From the NCBI GenBank assembly GCA_964647565.1, contig CAZYIM010000007.1:20732-84731 (forward strand): a stretch of 64,000 nt of DNA, in the 5' to 3' direction. This document shows, piece after piece, positions 45,960 through 54,264 of the stretch (the stretch's first letter is position 1; the number at the start of each line of letters is the position of its first letter). The notes under the pieces were generated by a model. It had not been told where the DNA came from. It ran no database searches and saw nothing but the letters and a program-made list of their open reading frames with translations. Both the position numbers and the translations under genes were made by a program. Origin of the DNA: an uncultured Methanosarcinales archaeon. GTDB lineage: Archaea > Nanobdellota > Nanobdellia > Woesearchaeales > CAZYIM01.

Positions 45960-46306
45960 TGAGGAATAATTTATTTTTTTTTAATTTAATTTTTATTTTA
46001 ATAGCAGTATTTCTCTGGATAATATTCTATTTATATAACTATAAAGAGAAAAAGCCAAGGAAAAAACCATCCCATCCACCACCGCCACAGCAGGCAGATG
46101 TACATGCTTCAGAGGGCTACCAGGTAAAACCCAACGCGCCACCTTTCAAGAAACCACCTGAACCTCCTGCTCCAAAACCCAAAGAACAGATAAAACCTGC
46201 AGGCCCAAAACCCAAAACACTTCCAATGAAAGTGCCTTCTAAGAAAACAAAACTTAAGTCACATCTATATCACCCGCCACCAAAAGTATTAAAACATAAA
46301 TCTTGA
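45959..46306 (+). CDS. Small membrane-anchored Pro/Lys-rich protein (115 aa)
   Basis: TAATG stop/start overlap with the upstream gene; one TM then a low-complexity tail. Confidence 0.62.
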   Translation: MRNNLFFFNLIFILIAVFLWIIFYLYNYKEKKPRKKPSHPPPPQQADVHASEGYQVKPNAPPFKKPPEPPAPKPKEQIKPAGPKPKTLPMKVPSKKTKLKSHLYHPPPKVLKHKS

Positions 46307-46320
46307 ATTTTAGAAACAAA

Positions 46321-46367
46321 AGAAATGCAAAGCATTTCTAGGCTTCGAAAAAAAATCCTTTTTCGAA
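46321..46367. repeat. Two adjacent intergenic hairpins
   Basis: AGAAATGC-aaa-GCATTTCT and TTCGAAAAA-aaatcc-TTTTTCGAA, just upstream of a TTTATATAA box. Confidence 0.55.
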
Positions 46368-46415
46368 ATCTTTATATAATCTATATAAAAAATATACTTC
46401 AGAAGGGGTGATTTA

Positions 46416-47039
46416 ATGGTCAATCAAAAAGCAGTTGATTATATCAAACAATACAAGGATACTTATTCTATCGATGCGTTGAAGTCTAATCTTACTAATC
46501 AAGGCTATCCGCCCGCAGAGGTCGAAGAGGCAGCAACCATTGCAATGCAGGCAGAACCTGCACCAGCCGCTGCACCGCCGCAAGCAGAACCTGTAGCAAC
46601 TCCTCAATTCGATCAGCAGCAGGCGCCTCCACAAGCAGACCAACAGGCAGCACCACAATTCGTCGAACCCGCTCCACAAACCGCAGGCGCAGAGATGCAG
46701 CCAATGCCAACTGCCCAACCATCTGATAACAGCAACCAGAACAGGACCTTGGCAGCATTAGGATATCCGATCGGCATAATTGCACTAATATTGATCTTCA
46801 TTGCCAAGGATGATCACTGGGCCAAGACCCATGCATTCGCAGGACTGTTCTGGAACCTTGCATATGTCGTCATCTCTGTTTTCATATCTTTCGTCACATT
46901 TTTCCTGCCTTTCTCACTTTCATGGTTGCTATGGATTGCATTCCTCGGACTATCAATATATTTCGCATACGAGGTCTACAATGGCAAGGATGTTGAGATA
47001 CCTTTAATATCCAAACTTGCAAGGGACGCAGCCAAGTAA
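46416..47039 (+). CDS. DUF4870-like membrane protein with N-terminal helical module and Pro/Gln/Ala linker
   Basis: GGGGTGA RBS; LAALGY.I.IIAL...K.HA..GL...G.D.EIPLI. Confidence 0.85.
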   Translation: MVNQKAVDYIKQYKDTYSIDALKSNLTNQGYPPAEVEEAATIAMQAEPAPAAAPPQAEPVATPQFDQQQAPPQADQQAAPQFVEPAPQTAGAEMQPMPTAQPSDNSNQNRTLAALGYPIGIIALILIFIAKDDHWAKTHAFAGLFWNLAYVVISVFISFVTFFLPFSLSWLLWIAFLGLSIYFAYEVYNGKDVEIPLISKLARDAAK

Positions 47040-47066
47040 TTTTTTTCTTTTCTTTATTTATTAAAA

Positions 47067-47654
47067 ATGGTCAACAAAACAATTGTAAACTATTTGAACC
47101 AAAATAGACCTGAGTATTCTATTGACTCGCTCAAGCAGGCCCTATTAAAAAAGGGCTATCCCAAGAAAGATGTGGAAGAGGCCATAGACCATGTCACTAA
47201 GGACTCCCCCGCACCAAAACCGCCAAAATTCTCACCAACCCCTCCTCCTTATACACCGCCCGCGCCAAAATATGAAGGGAACCAGGAATCTATGTCGCAT
47301 TCGTTGGTAGGACTCTCTTACTTGATATGGGTGATTGCCATCGTTGTTGCAGTAACCGCCAAAAAGAGTGACAAGTTTGCAAGATACCATGGTTTCCAGG
47401 CATTGTTCTATGGCTTGATCTATGGCTGGATTTTTGGATTCGTCCTAGGAATTTTTATAGTAGTAAGCGGCATATTGACCATCATACCAATAATTGGCAT
47501 AATCATATTTCTTTTTGCATTGATTGTCATGATTGCTGTTTGTGGAGGCATCACAGTCTTTTCCATAATCTTTACTGTCAAGGCAAGCCAGGGTAAGATG
47601 TTCAAGATCCCCTTAGCCACCAACATAATGAAATCAATGATCAAGGATCTTTGA
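47067..47654 (+). CDS. DUF4870-like membrane protein, tandem paralog of 46416-47039
   Basis: Same MVN...Y...YSID.LK..L...GYP...VEEA start; RYHGFQAL..KASQG..FKIP. Confidence 0.85.
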   Translation: MVNKTIVNYLNQNRPEYSIDSLKQALLKKGYPKKDVEEAIDHVTKDSPAPKPPKFSPTPPPYTPPAPKYEGNQESMSHSLVGLSYLIWVIAIVVAVTAKKSDKFARYHGFQALFYGLIYGWIFGFVLGIFIVVSGILTIIPIIGIIIFLFALIVMIAVCGGITVFSIIFTVKASQGKMFKIPLATNIMKSMIKDL

Positions 47655-47664
47655 TAAGAACTAA

Positions 47665-48618
47665 CTATCTCTTTATCCAATCATTATTCAGATACCAACT
47701 ATAGGTATCTCTCAAACCGTCTTCTAGAGAAATATCAGTCTTAAACCCAAAATCATTTTTTGCAACAGAAGTATCCTGGCCATCTATGACCCAGTTGTTC
47801 GAAGCAAGCTTCCTTTTCTGAAGGTTCAGGATCACATCCCTGCCTCTCAAAGACAAATAAGAGCCATAGACAGCTCCAAGCAAGACCAAAAATCTCGGTA
47901 CCTTAATGCCTCTGGCCTTCTTGCCCATCACCTCTTCGATCTTATCATATAGTATATTCAAGGAGACAGGATCATCATTGCAAAGATCATATGTATTATT
48001 ATCAGTCACCAGATTCATACCAGCATCTATGACTCCTCCCACAAGATCATCTACATGTATGATCATATGTTTTTTATTCTCACTGCCGTCGTAGAGTTTC
48101 AGGCCTTTGTTTATCATGTTGAAGATGCGGAAGTAATCCTTATCCTTGGGTCCGTACACTCCACCTGTCCGAACAATAGTATAAGGTACTTGATCACCAT
48201 AAAACTTCACCACATCTTCAGCAACCTGCTTGCTCCAGCCATAGTGTTCGATAGGCTGGCTTGCTGCAAGAGTTGAAAGCAATACAAATCGCTTTAAAGA
48301 AATCTTTGAATTAGAGATAACATCAAGCATTGCATTGGCAGGAACAACATTAGAGTCATAGAACTGCTCAAGGTTGGCACCCTTGGTCCGGGCCGCAAGG
48401 TGATAGACATAGTTCACATCCTTGCATGCAAGCTCCAGTTCAGAAGTATCATCATAGCCATCTATATAGTGTCTCTCAACATCAAGACCCTCGAGGTATT
48501 TCTCATCGCTCTTAGTCCATCTTAACAGACACCTAACCTTGATATCCTTAGCTAACAGCTTCTCAACCAGATGGCTTCCGATAAAGCCTGTTGAACCTGT
48601 AACCAATGCTCGTGTCAT
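47665..48618 (-). CDS. NAD-dependent epimerase/dehydratase (extended SDR)
   Basis: TGSTGFIG, HLAA, YGWSK (YxxxK) and VYGP. Confidence 0.93.
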   Translation of the reverse strand: MTRALVTGSTGFIGSHLVEKLLAKDIKVRCLLRWTKSDEKYLEGLDVERHYIDGYDDTSELELACKDVNYVYHLAARTKGANLEQFYDSNVVPANAMLDVISNSKISLKRFVLLSTLAASQPIEHYGWSKQVAEDVVKFYGDQVPYTIVRTGGVYGPKDKDYFRIFNMINKGLKLYDGSENKKHMIIHVDDLVGGVIDAGMNLVTDNNTYDLCNDDPVSLNILYDKIEEVMGKKARGIKVPRFLVLLGAVYGSYLSLRGRDVILNLQKRKLASNNWVIDGQDTSVAKNDFGFKTDISLEDGLRDTYSWYLNNDWIKR

Positions 48619-48619
48619 C

Positions 48620-50359
48620 TTAATCCTTAGCAGTGCTCTCGCTGTCCCACATATGCTTTCTGTTTGCCTTCCTGGCTATCAAGAAATTGCCCATGACCAG
48701 GAAATCAATTCCAGTTCCCATCATACACCTATAGGCTTCCAAGGGAGTGTTTACAATCGGCTCACCCCTTATATTGAATGATGTATTGATCAATACAGGA
48801 ACACCCGAGAGCTTCTCAAACTCCTTTATCAAGTCATAATACAAAGAATTGGTCTCTCTTTTCAAGACCTGCAACCTGCCCGAGCCGTCGACATGGGTCA
48901 CAGCAGGAAGTAACTTTTGCTTGGCTGCCCTTATAGGATAGACTGTCAGCATGAACTCCGACGGGATAGGCAATGGCTTGTCAGCGACAAAATAATCATG
49001 AACATCCTCAGCTGTTATAACAGGTGCAAATGGCCTGAACTGTTCCCTATGCTTAACTTTCTTGTTTAAGATATCTTTCATAAAAGGATTGCAGGGATTG
49101 GACAGGATGCTCCTGTTGCCAAGGGCTCTTGGACCATATTCAAACCGGCCCTGGAACCAGCCGACAACATTGTTGTCATTGATCAGCCTCGCCATCTTCT
49201 TCAATAGTTCCTTTCTGCTCTTGAACTCATAGAAACTGATCTGGTTCTTCTCAAGAAACTCATTAATATCCTCTCTGGAATATCCCTTTCCAAGGAACGC
49301 ATCATCCATAACAAACCTTTTCTTCCTGCCCAGTATAATATTGTAGGCATAGCACGCAGCACCAACACAACCGCCTCCGTCGCCTGCAGCAGGTAGGGCA
49401 TAAAGATGCTTGAAAGGAGTCTTGCTTAGTATCTTCCCATTGACTACACTGTTCAGGGCAACACCACCTGCAATACAGAGGTTCTTTGAGCGGGTTATCC
49501 TATGAGCCTCTCTTGCTAGATTTAAAATCACTTCTTCTGTCAGCTTCTGCAAAGAGGCTGCAATGTCAGCATGCCTCTTGCTCATCTTCTGTCCTCTTCT
49601 CCTTGCAGGTCCAAAGGCCTTGATGAACTTCCTATTAGGCATTCTCAATTTGTAATGGAAAGCAAAATAGCTCATATCCAATCTAAAGCTGCCGTCATTT
49701 TTCATATCAACAATCTTCCTGAACTTATCGTAATATACAGGCTGGCCGTAGGGTGCAAAGCCCATGACCTTGTACTCATCATTGTTGACCTTAAAGCCAA
49801 GGTAAGCAGTAACTGCGCTATAAAGCAAACCAAGGGAATGGGGGAAATGAAGCTCCTTGATAATCTTGATGTCATGGTTGGCCTGGCAGATGGTTGTTGT
49901 CGCCCACTCACCAACCCCGTCCAGGGTCAGAACAGCCGCCCTCTTGAAAGGTGATGTCAAAAAACTGGATGCTGCATGAGCCATATGATGCTCAACAAAG
50001 AAAATATCGCCCTTGTACTTCAATTTTTGCTTGACCTGGCTGTGCACTCTCAACTTCTCTGTCAGCCAGGAAGGCACTGCTTTGTAAAACGACCAGAAAG
50101 ACAAGGGAAACGTCTGCAGGTACTGGCTCATCAATCGGTCAAACTTGATCATCGGCTTCTCATAATATGCAACATAGTCAACGTCATCTATAGAGATGCC
50201 AGCCTGCTCCAGACAAAACAGGGCAGCCTTCTTTGGAAATCCAGTATCATGCTTCTTGCGGCTAAACCTCTCTTCTTCTGCAGCTGCAGCTATCTTGCCG
50301 TTCTTCAACAGGCACGCCGCTGAATCATGATAAAAACAAGATATCCCAAGTATGTACAT
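48620..50359 (-). CDS. O-carbamoyltransferase (NodU/CmcH/SxtI family)
   Basis: YHDSAA, EEERFSR.KH, EHHMAHAAS, EYKVMG, GGVALN, GPRALGNRS, FRPFAP, THVDGSGRLQ and NTSFN. Confidence 0.96.
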   Translation of the reverse strand: MYILGISCFYHDSAACLLKNGKIAAAAEEERFSRKKHDTGFPKKAALFCLEQAGISIDDVDYVAYYEKPMIKFDRLMSQYLQTFPLSFWSFYKAVPSWLTEKLRVHSQVKQKLKYKGDIFFVEHHMAHAASSFLTSPFKRAAVLTLDGVGEWATTTICQANHDIKIIKELHFPHSLGLLYSAVTAYLGFKVNNDEYKVMGFAPYGQPVYYDKFRKIVDMKNDGSFRLDMSYFAFHYKLRMPNRKFIKAFGPARRRGQKMSKRHADIAASLQKLTEEVILNLAREAHRITRSKNLCIAGGVALNSVVNGKILSKTPFKHLYALPAAGDGGGCVGAACYAYNIILGRKKRFVMDDAFLGKGYSREDINEFLEKNQISFYEFKSRKELLKKMARLINDNNVVGWFQGRFEYGPRALGNRSILSNPCNPFMKDILNKKVKHREQFRPFAPVITAEDVHDYFVADKPLPIPSEFMLTVYPIRAAKQKLLPAVTHVDGSGRLQVLKRETNSLYYDLIKEFEKLSGVPVLINTSFNIRGEPIVNTPLEAYRCMMGTGIDFLVMGNFLIARKANRKHMWDSESTAKD

Positions 50360-50376
50360 TTTCCTTCCCCTTTGTT

Positions 50377-50473
50377 AAAACCAGACATGGCGCTGGCGAG
50401 GGGGAGGGACGCTCCTCCGGAAGCCCCCGAGCAAGGCTCGGAGAGCCGACAGCCGCCATGTGTGTCTGGTTTT
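50377..50473 (+). repeat. Intergenic GC-rich fold-back element, copy 2
   Basis: AAAACCAGA-CATGGCG ... CGCCATG-tgtg-TCTGGTTTT terminal stem; inner hairpins GGAGG-gacgct-CCTCC and CCGAGC-aag-GCTCGG. Confidence 0.8.
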
Positions 50474-50496
50474 TGATTGTCATATTAATGTAACTC

Positions 50497-50730
50497 TCAA
50501 AATAACCTATAATACCTCTCTTCTTTCTCCTTTCCTTGGTTTCTCTTTATCCAATATGAATCCTTCTTTTTATAATCAAGGAAACGCTTGCCGGATATCC
50601 GGGCGACTATCGATGTCAATCCGATGCCCACAATATAGGCAATAAGCATCAGGAAAAAGTTGACGATGTTGGCTACTGTCTCGCCAAACAGTTTGAAGCC
50701 GTCAATAAAACCCCTGGAAAACGACCTCAT
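50497..50730 (-). CDS. SxtJ-like small membrane protein (77 aa)
   Basis: ATGA overlap with the upstream ORF; G.....N..L....Y....G...I..R..GK..L.....SYW..R.......Y...F pattern typical of carbamoyltransferase-linked genes. Confidence 0.72.
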   Translation of the reverse strand: MRSFSRGFIDGFKLFGETVANIVNFFLMLIAYIVGIGLTSIVARISGKRFLDYKKKDSYWIKRNQGKEKEERYYRLF

Positions 50731-50933
50731 TGGCACACCACCACAGCAATTATTGCATAGAACCCTGTTACTGCAGAGATGCAAAACCAATAAGGCGGAA
50801 GAGTGACTTGTTTTCCAAGGATAAAATATAGAATGGATAAGAAGATTGCCATGCCCAGCCAGAAGCCTGCACATTTACCAAAACATTCTATCGATTGATG
50901 AACTCTCCTAGGTACCTCATATTTCAAAAACAA
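50727..50933 (-). CDS. Small 2-TM membrane protein (68 aa)
   Basis: Two hydrophobic segments, coupled to the downstream gene, AGGTG RBS-like site at the TTG start. Confidence 0.55.
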   Translation of the reverse strand: MFLKYEVPRRVHQSIECFGKCAGFWLGMAIFLSILYFILGKQVTLPPYWFCISAVTGFYAIIAVVVCQ

Positions 50934-50967
50934 CCACCTGTAAAACTAAAGCTCACCTCTCTTTAGC

Positions 50968-51390
50968 TCACTTCTTCTTTTTCTTAACTAACCCAACCTT
51001 TTTCTTCCCGAGAATACGGCACCAGCAATCATTGATTGGCGCCTCAAATTTTTTCAATAGTATGATTATGATCATGACAACCAGCAGTATCAAAAAGCTT
51101 GACGCCACTGTCAGCGGAATCCTAAGCAGCATGTTGGCTATCATAACAGACAGGATTACCAGGGCAATGCTCAATCCAAAAGACAAAGCAAATTTCTCGA
51201 TCAGATCTGTCTCGTCAAAGAAACACCTGACCAATACATATCCTGGCAGGAATATCAAGTATGCAAAACCTAAAAATGCCCTCAATGACTGCAAGAAAGG
51301 ATAGCCAAAGGCAAAGAATATTATCAATGAGGCGACCAGCGAGAATGCTATATAAACACCTGCCCCATAAAAGTCCTTATTCAACCCCAT
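50968..51390 (-). CDS. DUF1616-like membrane protein
   Basis: R..LG..Y..FLPGY.L...FF...D.IE..ALS.GLSI. Confidence 0.82.
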   Translation of the reverse strand: MGLNKDFYGAGVYIAFSLVASLIIFFAFGYPFLQSLRAFLGFAYLIFLPGYVLVRCFFDETDLIEKFALSFGLSIALVILSVMIANMLLRIPLTVASSFLILLVVMIIIILLKKFEAPINDCWCRILGKKKVGLVKKKKK

Positions 51391-51426
51391 TGTAGTTTAT
51401 TAATATTATTTTTTATTTAAAGATTA

Positions 51427-52803
51427 CTATTCTAGCTTATATATTATCAAGCCTTTATATTTTGCAACTGGCTTGAACAATTCACCATCAAGATCAAATC
51501 CTGCATAGACATATTTGATGTCCTTCTGCTGCATGAAATCTGCAAAGCATTGGCTGTCCTTGTTGGCAAAGCAGCTATTGATCACAGGATGACCAGGAGG
51601 AAGATGCACTTCTTCAAGATCATAGTATGGCATGGCCCAGCCCATCATGAAACGAGTTATAATTTTTTCATTTGGAAAGGCCTCTCCAAACTTGGTAAAA
51701 AGAGGATGCTCATCATTCATGATATATATCTCTGAGACATGGCTTTCCTGGTTCAGCTTCCAGGCAAAAGGAACAAGGATTAAAAGGAATATTATCAAAA
51801 AGATCGGGAACTGCTTAAGCCATTTTGAGTCAAACAGACGGTTGGGTGTGTCTGCAATGTGGTGCACTGCATAACCCACAAAAAATGGTATGAAGAGGAA
51901 GATGAAATATATCAGTCGCCTGTAGACAAAGACAAAGCCTCTGTACTTCCAGTACATGAAAAAGTCAACTATCATGAAGACAAACAATGGTACAAGGGCA
52001 TAGCTGGCCTTTCGCTCTTTTAACATGATGAAAAATATACCAAGCGCCAACAATACAAGAAAGAACCAGGGCAGATTGTTTGCGATTATCACAAAGGGCT
52101 TGACAGCAGGCCGAAAAAAGATATATTTGAGCAGGTCTATCGAAGGGCTTAGGTAAATATTCTTGAACTTCATCAAACCCAACACTAGCATAAAGCCCAC
52201 CAGACCCATAAAGATCAGCCTCCACTTCCTGCTGAAGACCAGGTAGAAGAATGTCGCAACAAAAGCAAGTACAATTGTGCTTGCATGTGTTATTGCTATT
52301 GCAAGAAGTATGAAGAGAGACATCAGCCAGTTGTCTTGGACCAGGAAATATAGCAGCAGCAAGGTAAGAAAAGAGCCCATGGCTAAAGGCACCAGATAGT
52401 AGATGCCCATGATGGTTATGTTCGATAGAATAAGTGTAGAGAATGCCATGACTGCAATAGCTACTTCATCCCTCTTGAACAATTTCAAAGATAGGATATA
52501 GAACATCAGGCCCAGGATGATATAGAAGATCGATGGCAGGAACTTCTGTATTGTAATCAAGCTCAATCCAGATAACAATGAAAGCGATGAGAGCACAGTG
52601 TAGATGCCAGGCGGATATATCCATTCACTTCTATAAGGCTCGTGCCCCTGCAAGAACCCTGTTTCCATGGTCAACTTAGCCACAACAATATGCTCCCATT
52701 CATCCAGGTGCTGCGGCATCTGGTTGACCCTAGTCAAGAAGTTCAACAAGAACAGCACAATCACCACTCCCAAGACGAGAGCATACCTCAACCAACCCTT
52801 CAT
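51427..52803 (-). CDS. Polytopic GT-C-like glycosyltransferase/membrane protein (458 aa)
   Basis: DEWEH first-loop motif, YPPG, ~12 TM helices and a soluble C-terminal domain. Confidence 0.72.
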   Translation of the reverse strand: MKGWLRYALVLGVVIVLFLLNFLTRVNQMPQHLDEWEHIVVAKLTMETGFLQGHEPYRSEWIYPPGIYTVLSSLSLLSGLSLITIQKFLPSIFYIILGLMFYILSLKLFKRDEVAIAVMAFSTLILSNITIMGIYYLVPLAMGSFLTLLLLYFLVQDNWLMSLFILLAIAITHASTIVLAFVATFFYLVFSRKWRLIFMGLVGFMLVLGLMKFKNIYLSPSIDLLKYIFFRPAVKPFVIIANNLPWFFLVLLALGIFFIMLKERKASYALVPLFVFMIVDFFMYWKYRGFVFVYRRLIYFIFLFIPFFVGYAVHHIADTPNRLFDSKWLKQFPIFLIIFLLILVPFAWKLNQESHVSEIYIMNDEHPLFTKFGEAFPNEKIITRFMMGWAMPYYDLEEVHLPPGHPVINSCFANKDSQCFADFMQQKDIKYVYAGFDLDGELFKPVAKYKGLIIYKLE

Positions 52804-52899
52804 AAGTTAGTTAGGGGTAAAACACCTAAATAAATCTGTCGGTTTGAGAAACAGAGAGATAAATCAAATTTAAAATAAGTCCGGATAACCCTCAAACTT

Positions 52900-53220
52900 T
52901 CATATCCCAAGCTTCTCCCTCTCCTGATTGTAGTATTTGTGTTTGTCAAGGAAGATAGCGATGAAATACTCGTTTTTCTTTTTGGTCAATATCGACCTTA
53001 AGTTGCTCTCCCTGAACTTGAGGATGAAAGCAATAAGACCTTGCACCTTGGATGAACTTATTGGCAGGTTTTTCCCGTCCTGGCAGTCCCTAACCCAATC
53101 TAGGAGCTGATCTTGTCTGCCCTTTTTCAGATTATCAAAAACCCTGTTGAAATGACCTTCGAACCTCACCTGAGCACCCAACAGCTCTGTTATTATTTTT
53201 CTTGCCTGTTCATGCAACAA
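52900..53220 (-). CDS. Small basic protein, possibly RelE-like toxin (106 aa)
   Basis: Overlaps the upstream nucleotidyltransferase gene by 11 nt; C-terminal R.IL......FIAIFLDKHKYY. Confidence 0.6.
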   Translation of the reverse strand: MLHEQARKIITELLGAQVRFEGHFNRVFDNLKKGRQDQLLDWVRDCQDGKNLPISSSKVQGLIAFILKFRESNLRSILTKKKNEYFIAIFLDKHKYYNQEREKLGI

Positions 53221-54091
53221 TTTCCAGAACCTCTTGGTAGGTGCTATTGTATATCTGCCAGTTCCTATAGGTTTTCCTGCCCTTTTCAGGCTTGCTGTTC
53301 TTCTGCAAGTATTTTTTCAGCATCATCTTAAGGCTTGAACTACTATATGCCTTAATAAGTGTTATCAGAAGATATTTAGAAATTATCCGGATCTTATTCT
53401 TGCTTTTTCTAATTTTGTCTGTCACTTTTTTCAGCTGCAATGAATCTAACACAACATGATTTGCAGCATATTCTGCCTTCAGCACGAAATCCCTAAGCTC
53501 TTGCAGAAAATCCTCATCCTGCAATATATGCAATATTGTTCTCTCATAAAGATCCAGAAGTTCAGAGGGGACAATATCTTCTTCAGGAGATGTTTTGGGA
53601 CAGCAGAAGTTGGCCAGGCTTATGGCAGAGATGGATCTGAAGAAAAGGGTATTCTCAATATCCTCAGGGAGGAAATTAATCTGAATCTTCCCGTCTCTGT
53701 AATCCTCTTTATTATATTTAGAAATTACAAAAATATCAATATCCCTATATTGCGCTTTGTAGAGAAATGATCCGGCAAGGAGGATCTTCTTGTTCCTGTG
53801 TTTCCTCGAGTATTTTTTAAGGATATTTACAGCTTGTTTCAATCGGTCTTTTCTAATATGTTCCTTGCCATTAACATAAATCTCTGTATCAATACCCAAT
53901 AAAGCTGTCATGGCAGTCAGCTTCTTCTTGATGAAATGACTATAATAATAACGCTCATTGTTATTCAGCTTTTTACCTTCAAGCTTGGCCTTAAGTATTT
54001 GGAAATAGTTCTGGCTGAAGATATGCGGCACTAGTAAATCTTTTGAGTCCTTGAGCAGATCCAAACTTATTATATTTTCAAATTTCACCAT
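53210..54091 (-). CDS. Pol-beta-superfamily (MNT-like) nucleotidyltransferase domain protein (293 aa)
   Basis: LAGSFLYKAQYRDIDIFV (GS-x-DxD). Confidence 0.78.
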   Translation of the reverse strand: MVKFENIISLDLLKDSKDLLVPHIFSQNYFQILKAKLEGKKLNNNERYYYSHFIKKKLTAMTALLGIDTEIYVNGKEHIRKDRLKQAVNILKKYSRKHRNKKILLAGSFLYKAQYRDIDIFVISKYNKEDYRDGKIQINFLPEDIENTLFFRSISAISLANFCCPKTSPEEDIVPSELLDLYERTILHILQDEDFLQELRDFVLKAEYAANHVVLDSLQLKKVTDKIRKSKNKIRIISKYLLITLIKAYSSSSLKMMLKKYLQKNSKPEKGRKTYRNWQIYNSTYQEVLEIVA

Positions 54092-54094
54092 TCA

Positions 54095-54110
54095 GTATAT
54101 TGAAATATAC
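54095..54110. promoter_or_regulatory. Operator-like palindrome GTATATT-ga-AATATAC
   Basis: Lies between the TATA box (~54116-54124) and the ATG (54091) of the nucleotidyltransferase operon. Confidence 0.5.
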
Positions 54111-54264
54111 CTCATATTTATAAAATATTCGTTTGTGAAAACACAACCGACCAAGCCATATAATAGCAGGTTCAGACTAAGTCAAAAAAACAAGCAGCAA
54201 CACACATTAATTTTTCCCTATTCAGTAGTAAAGTTTTATAAATAAAAAAAGAATACTTATTTTT

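Noticed and set aside
48620..50730. Saxitoxin biosynthesis (sxtI/sxtJ)
   Set aside because: These families are widespread outside toxin clusters, and no sxtA/sxtG or other pathway genes are present.
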